Position numbers and translations under genes: made by a program
DNA from: an uncultured Methylomirabilota bacterium
Lineage (GTDB): Bacteria > Methylomirabilota > Methylomirabilia > Methylomirabilales > 2-02-FULL-66-22
NCBI GenBank assembly: GCA_963845565.1
Contig: CAWJSJ010000002.1
Span: forward strand, 2,368,001-2,432,000
Length of the DNA stretch: 64,000 bases
Direction: 5' to 3'
In this document: piece by piece, positions 33,315-41,498 of the stretch
How positions within the stretch are numbered: the first letter of the stretch is position 1
Layout: every line of letters starts with the position of its first letter
The notes under the pieces: model-generated
Databases searched by the model: none
Told to the model about the DNA's origin: nothing
The model's input: the letters and a program-made list of their open reading frames with translations, nothing else

Positions 33315-33342
33315 CAGGCTGCTGAACAAGACCGAGGACACG

Positions 33343-35826
33343 ATGCGCGTTCCCATCAGCTGGCTGAAGGAATTCGTCGACATCCCGATCCCGATCCACG
33401 ACCTGGCCGAGCGGCTGACGTTTGCCGGTTTGGAGGTGGCATCCGTCCAGACGGTGGGACTGCCGGGGGGTGAGCTGCCCTGGGATCGGGACCGGATGGT
33501 GGTGGGGTGCGTGAGGGAGGTCGTGGCGCACCCCAACGCCGACCGGCTGGTGCTGGCCACGGTGGAGTACGGGCCAGACCAGGTGAAGACGGTGGTGACG
33601 GGCGCGCCGAACTTGAAGCTCGGCGACTGCGGCCAGAAGGTCGCGTTTGCCCTGGAGGGGGCCCGCCTCTGGGATGCCTACGCCGAGACGCCCCAGATCG
33701 TCACGCTGAAGGGGCGAAAGGTCCGCGGCGTCTATTCCGACGGGATGGTGTGCTCCGAGCGGGAACTGGGCCTCTCCGATAATCACGAGGGGGTCCTGAT
33801 TTTGGAGGACGACGCTCCGGTCGGGACGCCGCTGGCCGAGTATCTCGGCGACCAGATATTGGAGCTCGAGATCCTGCCCAACATGGCCCGCTGCCTGTCC
33901 GTCCTGGGCGTGGCGCGGGAAGTGGCCGCGCTCACCGGGGGTCGCGTCCGGGTCCCGGAGCCCACGATGCTCGAGGCCGGCGAGCCGATCGCCGGCCAGG
34001 TGCGGGTGGCGATCGCCGATCCGGAGCTGTCGGCCCGCTACGCGGCCACGCTGATTCGCGGCGTGCGGATCGGGCCGTCGCCGGGCTGGATGCAGCGACG
34101 GCTCCGCCTGGCGGGCATCCGGCCCATCAGCAACGTCGTGGATGTGACCAATTATGTAATGCTGGAGTGGGGGCAGCCGCTTCACGCCTTCGACTACGAC
34201 GTGTTGGTGCGCCGCGCGAAAGGGGTCCCGGAGATCACCGTGCGGCCCGCCTACCCGCACGAAATCCTGGTGACCCTGGATGGGGTCGCGCGGGCACTGA
34301 CGCCCGAGCGGCTGGTGATCGCCGATACCGCCGGTCCGATCGCCGTGGCGGGCGTGATGGGCGGCGCCGAAACGGAGGTCACCGCGGCCACGACGGCCAT
34401 CCTCCTGGAATCGGCAAACTTCCACTTCGTCTCCATTCGCAAGACCACCCAGGCCTTGAAGCTCCCCAGCGAGGCGAGCACCCGGTTCGGGCGCGGCGTC
34501 CCGCCGGCCCAGGCGGAGCCGGCCGCGCGGCGCGCCACGGAGCTGATCCGGACGCTGGCTGGGGGAACCGTCGCCCGCGGGGTCGCAGACTGCTATCCGG
34601 CGCCGCAGGTACCCTCGATGGTCACGCTCGACGTGGCCGATGCCAAACGCATTCTGGGCATGGAGGTGCCGCGGGACGAGATGGCGCGGATCCTCACGGC
34701 GTTGGAGTTCATCTGCCAGCCCGACGGGGAGGCGGCGCTTCGGGTCACCGCCCCGGTCAGTCGGCTGGATGTCGGGACCGGCATGATCGGCGTGCACGAT
34801 CTCCTCGAGGAGGTGGCACGCATCCTCGGTTACGACCGGATTCCCGTCACCGACATGGCGGATACCTTGCCTCCGCAGCGGAACAATCTTGCCGTGGAGG
34901 GAGAGGAGCGGGTTCGCGACCTGCTCGCGGTGGCAGGACTCCAGGAGATCATTTCCTACCGCCTGACCACACCCGAACGGGACGCGCTGGGGTTTCCGCC
35001 CGCCGAGCCGAGCGGCTCGGCACACGTGCGGCTGGCCAACCCGATCAGCGCCGATCGGGCGGTCATGCGTCGGACCCTCATGCCCGGTCTGCTCGAGGCC
35101 ATGGCGCAGAACGCGCGGGTGCGAGAACGGCTCTGGTTCTTCGAGGTCGGGCCGGTGTTTCTCCCGGCGCGCGATCAGAGACTTCCGGTGGAGCTGCGCC
35201 GGCTGGGAATCGGCATCGCGGGGCCCCTCACCCCGGGATCGTGGCGCGAACAGGATCCGCCGCGCGCCGACTTTTTCACGCTGAAAGGCGTGGTCGAATC
35301 CCTCTTGGCCGGTCTCCACGTCGGCGGGGTGGGGTTCGAGCCGGTGGAGAGCCCGCTGGTCGCACCTGGCCGAGCGGCGCGGGTGACCGTGCAAGGGAGT
35401 GCGGTGGGCCTGCTCGGCGAAGTGCATCCGCAGGTGCGCGCCCACTTCGATCTGACGGTGCAGCCCGTCTGCGTGGCCGAACTCGACCTGGAGCGCCTCT
35501 TCTTGCTGGTGCCGGTATCCTTCGGGGTGCGGTCGGTCCCGCGCTTTCCGCCGATCCTTGAGGACATCGCCCTCGTCGTGGATGGCGCGGTGTCGGCGGG
35601 GGCCGTGGCGGGAGTGGTCCGCGAGGCCGGGGGGTCTCTGCTGACCGAGGTGCGCCTTTTTGATGTCTACCAGGGGCCGCAGGTCGGCGCGGGAAAAAAG
35701 AGCCTCGCCTTTTCTCTGGCGTTCCAGGCCCCAGACCGGACGTTGACGGACGCCGAGATCGAGAAGGAGAAGGCGCGCATCCTCGCGGCGGTCTCGGAAC
35801 GTCTGGGGGCGCGCTTGCGGGCATAG
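33343..35826 (+). CDS. pheT: Phenylalanine--tRNA ligase beta subunit
   Basis: MRVPISWLKEFV, HPNADRL, NVVDVTNYVMLEWGQPLHAFD, C-terminal FDX-ACB domain. Confidence 0.97.
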   Translation: MRVPISWLKEFVDIPIPIHDLAERLTFAGLEVASVQTVGLPGGELPWDRDRMVVGCVREVVAHPNADRLVLATVEYGPDQVKTVVTGAPNLKLGDCGQKVAFALEGARLWDAYAETPQIVTLKGRKVRGVYSDGMVCSERELGLSDNHEGVLILEDDAPVGTPLAEYLGDQILELEILPNMARCLSVLGVAREVAALTGGRVRVPEPTMLEAGEPIAGQVRVAIADPELSARYAATLIRGVRIGPSPGWMQRRLRLAGIRPISNVVDVTNYVMLEWGQPLHAFDYDVLVRRAKGVPEITVRPAYPHEILVTLDGVARALTPERLVIADTAGPIAVAGVMGGAETEVTAATTAILLESANFHFVSIRKTTQALKLPSEASTRFGRGVPPAQAEPAARRATELIRTLAGGTVARGVADCYPAPQVPSMVTLDVADAKRILGMEVPRDEMARILTALEFICQPDGEAALRVTAPVSRLDVGTGMIGVHDLLEEVARILGYDRIPVTDMADTLPPQRNNLAVEGEERVRDLLAVAGLQEIISYRLTTPERDALGFPPAEPSGSAHVRLANPISADRAVMRRTLMPGLLEAMAQNARVRERLWFFEVGPVFLPARDQRLPVELRRLGIGIAGPLTPGSWREQDPPRADFFTLKGVVESLLAGLHVGGVGFEPVESPLVAPGRAARVTVQGSAVGLLGEVHPQVRAHFDLTVQPVCVAELDLERLFLLVPVSFGVRSVPRFPPILEDIALVVDGAVSAGAVAGVVREAGGSLLTEVRLFDVYQGPQVGAGKKSLAFSLAFQAPDRTLTDAEIEKEKARILAAVSERLGARLRA

Positions 35827-35945
35827 GCGGCGGTGCCGCGGCGTGGCGGAGACCGCGTGCACGCCCGTGTTCCCGCCCGCGAAAGACCTTTACAAAGACG
35901 GGGGGCTTTGCTAGGGTTTCCCCGGGCTGTCGGGAGTGGAGCGAT

Positions 35946-36257
35946 ATGGATATGGTGCTGGAACGACTTGGCGAGCTTGAACGGAAGGTCCGCGAGGCCC
36001 TCGGGGAACTCGCGCAGGCGCGCGCGGAGCGCGAGGGATTGTTGGCGAAGGTGGAGAGCCTGCAGGGCGAACTGACGTCGCGAGACCAGGAAGCGGCCGC
36101 GCTGCGCGCCGAGCGGGAACGGGAGGCGTCCGAGGCAACGCGGTTGCGGACCGAGCGCGAGGAAGTCCGGGCGAAAGTGGAAGGGCTTTTGACCGAGATC
36201 GGCCGCCTGGAGTCGGCGGTACAGGGAGCGGCGACCTACGCCGTCGTCAAAGAATAA
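35946..36257 (+). CDS. Coiled-coil cell division protein (ZapB-like)
   Basis: All coiled coil, EREEVRAKVEGLL; located upstream of zapA. Confidence 0.7.
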   Translation: MDMVLERLGELERKVREALGELAQARAEREGLLAKVESLQGELTSRDQEAAALRAEREREASEATRLRTEREEVRAKVEGLLTEIGRLESAVQGAATYAVVKE

Positions 36258-36342
36258 CTTGGCGGGAGAATTGTCGAGAACGGCATAAGGAGCCGTAACG
36301 AAATCACAAAAAATGGCCAAAGTATTTCGTAACGACTCCTAA
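36237..36342 (+). repeat. Repeat family B copy 6, overlapping the 3' end of the zapB-like gene
   Basis: tacgccgtcgtcaaagaataa...agtatttcgtaacgactcctaa. Confidence 0.85.
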
Positions 36343-36354
36343 GAGGGACGTGGG

Positions 36355-36648
36355 ATGACAACGGACGACCGGGGGGCGGACGTCGAGATCTTTGGCGAGC
36401 GATATACCCTGCGGTCGGGCGACGCGCCGGAGTACCTGCAGCGCGTGGCGGAGTACGTCGACACCAAGTACCGCGAGCTGGTCAGACAGAGCCCCAGCCT
36501 CGTGCCCTCCAAAGTGGCCGTTCTGGTGTCGATCAACATCGCGGACGAGCTCTTCAAGCAGGGCGACGCGATCCGCCGCCGCGAGCAGGACGCCGTGGCG
36601 CGAATCGACGGGATTGCGGCATTGCTGCGGCGCGAGGACGCCGCATAG
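36355..36648 (+). CDS. zapA: Cell division protein ZapA
   Basis: VEIFGERYTL, VAEYVD, VAVLVSINIADEL. Confidence 0.9.
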   Translation: MTTDDRGADVEIFGERYTLRSGDAPEYLQRVAEYVDTKYRELVRQSPSLVPSKVAVLVSINIADELFKQGDAIRRREQDAVARIDGIAALLRREDAA

Positions 36649-36761
36649 ACGGTCGGGATCGACGGCCGACGGTCGGCGGCCCGGTCTGGTGGGCCGCCGA
36701 AAAGGGCTTGCAGCGAGGAATGGCCTGTGTTAGCGTGGCACTCAGCGGTGTGGCATATCGA

Positions 36762-36950
36762 GAACCCCTACCGTGTACGTGATGCGGTAACTTTTTTTGA
36801 GCCTACACCCTCAGAACGGGAATCCCTCCGAGAACGCCGTGTGCAGGCCTATCCGCTCTGGTGGATGGGAAGCCTAAAGCGTTTGCGGGATGCCCACCTG
36901 GTGAACCAGGTTCAAACAGGGTCCAGCACACGGCACAATGGTAGGGGTTC
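36762..36950 (+). ncRNA. ssrS: 6S RNA
   Basis: Closing stem gaacccctacc/ggtaggggttc, ~190 nt, conserved zapA-ssrS-rny synteny. Confidence 0.85.
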
Positions 36951-37214
36951 CTTGTTGTCGCGTCCCTAGAGACCCCGCTGTTTTTTCCCACACCCTGACC
37001 CCGCGCCGTTCCTGACAGCGTCCGCCCGATCGTCTCACAACCGGATTCTCGTTTGCCGCCCCTTTCGGGAGGCACGCCTCCCGTTGCGCCTGATGCGTCG
37101 CCAGGTCAGCGCAACCGGATCGTCCGTCCGGGGCGGGGACAGATGGGGAGGATGGTCAACGGCAACTCGGGCTCCGCACCGGGTGCGGCGCCGATCGGCG
37201 GCGCCGGCCCGCGG

Positions 37215-37320
37215 GAAGCCGTTGTCAAAGAATTGGTTGAGCGGAGACATTCCGAAACGGCATAAGGAGCCGTAACGAATATAGAAAGAGATGTATAGGT
37301 TATTTCGTAACGGCTCCTAA
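37215..37320 (+). repeat. Repeat family B copy 7
   Basis: gaagccgttgtcaaagaattggttgagc...gttatttcgtaacggctcctaa. Confidence 0.9.
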
Positions 37321-37401
37321 GCGGACGGCTGCGTGGGAACAGGCCGGGCCGCGGTGGCGGCGCCGGTCTCGTGAAGCGACGCGGAGGTGGGAGGGAATCC
37401 C

Positions 37402-38964
37402 GTGGAAATCTGGATTGTGGCAGCGGTGGCGCTGGGAATGGTGCTGGTCGGCCTGATCGTCGGCCGCGCCCACGAGCAGCGGCGGCAAAATCGGCTCAAG
37501 CAAGAGGCGGGAGAGGAGGCCAAGCGCATCATCCGCGAGGCGGAGCGCGAGGTCGAGGCGAAGCGCAAGGAGGCGGAACTCGAGATCAAGGGCAAGACGC
37601 TGCAGGCCCGGACCGAGTTCGAGCAGGAGTCCCGGACGCGACGGGAGGAGATCCAGAACGTCGAGAAACGGCTGAATCAGCGGGAGGAGATTCTGGACCG
37701 GAAGCTGGAGGTCATGGACCGGCGCGAACGCGAGCTGGCCGGCCGGGAACAGGAGCTCCGCGGCCGGGATCAAGCGGTGAGCAAGCAGGAAGCGCACTGG
37801 TCCCAGGTGGTCGCCGAGGCGCAGCGGAAACTGGAAGTGGTGGCCGGCCTCACCGCGGAGGAGGCCAAGGCCCAGCTGGTGCAGTCGTTGGAGGAGGAGG
37901 CGAAGCTGCACGCCGCCTCGATGGTCAAGCGCATCGAGGACACCGCCACCGAGACCGGGGAAGAGCGCGCCAAGCAGATCATCGGGCGCGCCATCTGCCG
38001 GATTGCGTCCGAGTACGTCGCCGAGGCGGCGGTGTCGGTGGTGGATCTGCCCAGCGACGATATGAAAGGGCGGATCATCGGTCGGGAAGGCCGGAACATC
38101 CGGGCGCTGGAGAAGGCGACCGGGATCGACATCATCGTGGACGACACGCCCGAAACGATCATCCTCTCCGGGTTCGACTCCATCCGGCGGGAGGTCGCGC
38201 GGGTGGCCATCCAGCGCCTGATCCAGGATGGCCGCATCCACCCGGCCCGGATCGAGGAGACGGTCGAGAAGGTCGCCAAGGAAGTCGAAAAGGACATCCG
38301 CGAGGCCGGCGAGCAGGCGTGCTTCGAGCTGGGGATCACGGGGATGCATCCGGAGCTGGTCCGGATGGTCGGGCGACTCAAGTACCGCTACAGCTATTCC
38401 CAGAACCAGTTGGCGCACACCAAGGAGGTGGCCACGCTGGCGGGACTCCTGGCGGCGGAGCTCAAGCTGGACATCAAGGCGGTCAAGCGCGCCGCCCTGC
38501 TGCACGACATCGGGAAGGCGGCAGACCAGGGGACGGAGACCTCGCACGCGCTCCTGTCGGCGGAGCTGGCGAAGAAGTACAACGAGGATCCGCGCGTCAT
38601 CAACATCATCGCCGCCCATCACGAGGAGGTGGCGCCGCAGTATCCGGAGGCCATCCTGCTGCAGGCGGCCGACACGCTGTCCGCGGCCCGCCCCGGTGCC
38701 CGGCGGGAGATCATGGAGACCTACGTCCGCCGGCTGGCCAAGCTGGAGGAGATCGCCACGTCATTCAAGGGAGTCGAGAAGTGCTTCGCGATCCAGGCCG
38801 GGCGTGAGGTCCGCGTGGTGGTGGAGAGCGAGCAGATCACCGATCAAGCTGCCTTCGTCATGGCTCGGGACATCGCCAAGCGGATCGAGGACGAGATGGA
38901 GTATCCCGGACAGATCAAGGTGACGGTCATCCGGGAAACCCGGGCGGTGGAATATGCGCGATAG
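37402..38964 (+). CDS. rny: Ribonuclease Y
   Basis: N-terminal TM, KGRIIGREGRNIR (KH), LLHDIGK (HD), EYPGQIKVTVIRE. Confidence 0.96.
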   Translation: MEIWIVAAVALGMVLVGLIVGRAHEQRRQNRLKQEAGEEAKRIIREAEREVEAKRKEAELEIKGKTLQARTEFEQESRTRREEIQNVEKRLNQREEILDRKLEVMDRRERELAGREQELRGRDQAVSKQEAHWSQVVAEAQRKLEVVAGLTAEEAKAQLVQSLEEEAKLHAASMVKRIEDTATETGEERAKQIIGRAICRIASEYVAEAAVSVVDLPSDDMKGRIIGREGRNIRALEKATGIDIIVDDTPETIILSGFDSIRREVARVAIQRLIQDGRIHPARIEETVEKVAKEVEKDIREAGEQACFELGITGMHPELVRMVGRLKYRYSYSQNQLAHTKEVATLAGLLAAELKLDIKAVKRAALLHDIGKAADQGTETSHALLSAELAKKYNEDPRVINIIAAHHEEVAPQYPEAILLQAADTLSAARPGARREIMETYVRRLAKLEEIATSFKGVEKCFAIQAGREVRVVVESEQITDQAAFVMARDIAKRIEDEMEYPGQIKVTVIRETRAVEYAR

Positions 38965-39003
38965 AATTCGAATTTCGAATTTCGAAATTCGTTTTTCGAA
39001 TTC
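38965..39003. repeat. Heptamer tandem repeat (TTTCGAA-like)
   Basis: aattcgaatttcgaatttcgaaattcgtttttcgaattc. Confidence 0.7.
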
Positions 39004-39008
39004 TTGAG

Positions 39009-39785
39009 ATGCGCATTCTCTTTATCGGGGACATTGTGGGGCAGCCGGGCCGCAAGATGGTGGCGCGGCACGTCCCACGGCTGGTGGCGGTGCACGGCGT
39101 GGATGCGGTCATCGCCAACGCCGAGAATGCGGCCGCCGGCTTCGGGATCACGCCCAATGTCGCCCGGGAGCTGTTCGACTCGGGCGTGGCGCTGCTCACC
39201 TCGGGAAACCACGTCTGGGACAAGAAGGAGGCGGAGGGCTACCTGGCGATCGAGGGACGGATCCTCCGCCCCGCGAACTACCCGGACGAGGTCCCGGGCA
39301 GCGGGAAGAGCATCCTGCGGGTGGGCGAGCGGCTGGTGGGAGTGGTGAACCTGCAAGGGCGGGCCTTCCTCCCCCCGATCGATTGTCCTTTCCGGGCGGC
39401 CGACCGCGAACTCGCCGAACTCCAACGCGTCACCGACATCGTGCTGATGGATTTCCACGCGGAGGCCACGGCCGAAAAGCAGGCGTTCGGCTGGTACGTG
39501 GACGGTCGGGTCTCGGCGGTGCTCGGCACCCACACGCACGTCCAGACAGCCGACGAGCGGATTCTGCCGGGGCGGACGGCCTACATCACCGACGTGGGCA
39601 TGACCGGCCCGCGCGACTCGGTGATCGGGATGCGACCAGAGGATGCCATCCCGAAGTTCCTCACGCAGATGCCCAGGCGCTTCACCGTGGCGGACGGCCC
39701 GGCACAACTCAACGCCGTCCTGGTGGACATCGAGGATGGCGGCCGGGCCAGCGCCATCCAGCGACTCCAGATCGTGGACGATTAG
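39009..39785 (+). CDS. ymdB: YmdB-type metallophosphoesterase
   Basis: GDIVG, NAENAAAGFG, TSGNHVWD, DFHAEATAEK, GTHTHVQTAD. Confidence 0.93.
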   Translation: MRILFIGDIVGQPGRKMVARHVPRLVAVHGVDAVIANAENAAAGFGITPNVARELFDSGVALLTSGNHVWDKKEAEGYLAIEGRILRPANYPDEVPGSGKSILRVGERLVGVVNLQGRAFLPPIDCPFRAADRELAELQRVTDIVLMDFHAEATAEKQAFGWYVDGRVSAVLGTHTHVQTADERILPGRTAYITDVGMTGPRDSVIGMRPEDAIPKFLTQMPRRFTVADGPAQLNAVLVDIEDGGRASAIQRLQIVDD

Positions 39786-39798
39786 GAGCCGTCACGCA

Positions 39799-40656
39799 AT
39801 GACCCACGCCGCGCGGATCATTGACGGGAAGCGGATCGCGGCAATCGTTCGCGAGGAGGTCCGCGAGCGGGTGCGGCGCCTCCGCGAGACGCATGCCGGA
39901 GCGCCCGGCCTGGCAGTGATCCTGGTCGGCGACGACGCGGCCTCCGCCACCTACGTGCGCAGCAAGACCAGAGCCTGCCAGGACGCCGGCATCGCCTCGC
40001 GGCAGGTTAACTTCCCCCGCTACATCTCGCAGGACGAACTGACGAGCGCCATCCAGAGCCTGAACCGGGATTCCGGTATCCACGGCATCCTGATTCAGCT
40101 TCCCCTCCCGGCGCATCTCGACGAGCGGGCCGCCCTGGAAGTCGTGGATCCCGGCAAGGACGTCGACGGGTTCACGTACGCGAACATCGGGCGCCTGGTC
40201 GAGAACCGGGCGCGGTTCGTCCCCTGCACGCCCGCCGGCGTCCTGGAGCTTCTGGATCGGGAGCAGATCGCCATCGCGGGCACGCACGCCGTGGTGGTCG
40301 GGCGAAGCGAGATCGTGGGGAAGCCCGTCGGGATGCTGCTGCTTCACCGGCACGCCACCGTGACCCTCTGCCACTCCCGCACCGCGGACCTGGCGGCGGA
40401 GACCCGCCGGGCCGACATCTTGATCGCCGCTGTCGGGCGCCCGCACCTGATCACGGGCGAGATGGTGAAGCCCGGCGCGGTTGTGGTGGATGTGGGGATC
40501 AACCGTATCGAAGACAAGCTCGTCGGCGACGTGGACGACGCCTCCGTCCTGCCCGTCGCCTCCGCCCTCACCCCCGTCCCCGGCGGCGTCGGTCCGATGA
40601 CGGTAGCCATGCTGCTGAAGAACACCGTTCACGCCTTCGAATTGGCATCCAGATAG
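39799..40656 (+). CDS. folD: Methylenetetrahydrofolate dehydrogenase/cyclohydrolase
   Basis: KDVDG, PCTPAG, GRSEIVGKP, TPVPGGVGPMT. Confidence 0.96.
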   Translation: MTHAARIIDGKRIAAIVREEVRERVRRLRETHAGAPGLAVILVGDDAASATYVRSKTRACQDAGIASRQVNFPRYISQDELTSAIQSLNRDSGIHGILIQLPLPAHLDERAALEVVDPGKDVDGFTYANIGRLVENRARFVPCTPAGVLELLDREQIAIAGTHAVVVGRSEIVGKPVGMLLLHRHATVTLCHSRTADLAAETRRADILIAAVGRPHLITGEMVKPGAVVVDVGINRIEDKLVGDVDDASVLPVASALTPVPGGVGPMTVAMLLKNTVHAFELASR

Positions 40657-40783
40657 CCAGCGGTACCACGCGAGGCAATGATCGCCGCCTGCCGCACCCC
40701 GCATGCGCCTCACCGCCCCGGCAGCGAGCGATCGCCCGCCTGGCATGGCACAACATCGGGCGCCGAGAGCGCGGCGCCGGTCG

Positions 40784-41485
40784 CTAGGGCTTTCGGTGTC
40801 GATAGCTCAGGCAGAACCCGTCATCCAACGTGGCGCTGACCGTCACCGTGTCGAAGTCGGGATGCTTGCGGACCAGGTCGAGGTAATCCTGCATGGCGCC
40901 GGTTTGCCGGATGGCGTTGTGGACCGCAAGGAGGCCGCCGGGGGTGAGTGTGCGTGGGTACAGGGCATTGAAGTAGTCGACCTGGCCTTCCTTGTCGGCG
41001 TCCAGGAAGACGAAGTCGAACGGGCCCGCGAGTGTGGGGACCTTCGCATGCGCGTCGCCATGGATCAGCGTGACCCGCTCCGAAAGCCCCGCCTCGCGGA
41101 GGTGCCGTCGCGCCAGGTCATGTCGTGCCGAATCGATCTCGATCGTGGTCAGCCGTCCGCCGGTCTCCTCCAGGGCGAGTCCCATCCAGACCGCCGAGTA
41201 CCCATGGGAGGTGCCCACCTCGAGGACGCTCCGCGCCCGGGTCGCCTTGACCAGGAAATGCAGAAATTCTCCATCCGCTCGGGGTACGCTCCAGTATCGG
41301 CCTCCCTTGGCCTCCATATCGCGTAGCAATCGCTGGAGTTGTGCGGGGTCGCGCCTGCCCGGCCGGACGCCGCCCTCTGCCGCGTTCGCCGCCGATCGCC
41401 ACCGATCGCCAAGCGCCAAGAGGCCCAGCGTCGTGCCGGCAGTCGCCAGGAATTCCCGACGCCTGGATTTCCGTGGGGTCGTCAT
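40784..41485 (-). CDS. SAM-dependent O-methyltransferase with Tat-like N-terminus
   Basis: VLEVGTSHGYS, FDFVFLDADK, GGLLAVHN; SRRREFL plus hydrophobic stretch. Confidence 0.85.
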   Translation of the reverse strand: MTTPRKSRRREFLATAGTTLGLLALGDRWRSAANAAEGGVRPGRRDPAQLQRLLRDMEAKGGRYWSVPRADGEFLHFLVKATRARSVLEVGTSHGYSAVWMGLALEETGGRLTTIEIDSARHDLARRHLREAGLSERVTLIHGDAHAKVPTLAGPFDFVFLDADKEGQVDYFNALYPRTLTPGGLLAVHNAIRQTGAMQDYLDLVRKHPDFDTVTVSATLDDGFCLSYRHRKP

Positions 41486-41498
41486 AGTCAGTCGCCGC

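Noticed and set aside
33238..35862. Long antisense ORFs (874 aa here, 739 aa at 56576, 591 aa at 27198 and others)
   Set aside because: Shadow ORFs of GC-rich coding strands with no recognisable motifs
18299..37320. Family B repeats as a CRISPR array or integron attC sites
   Set aside because: Copies are kilobases apart with no repeat-spacer period and no cas or intI gene; several follow core genes; no GTTRRRY/RYYYAAC ends
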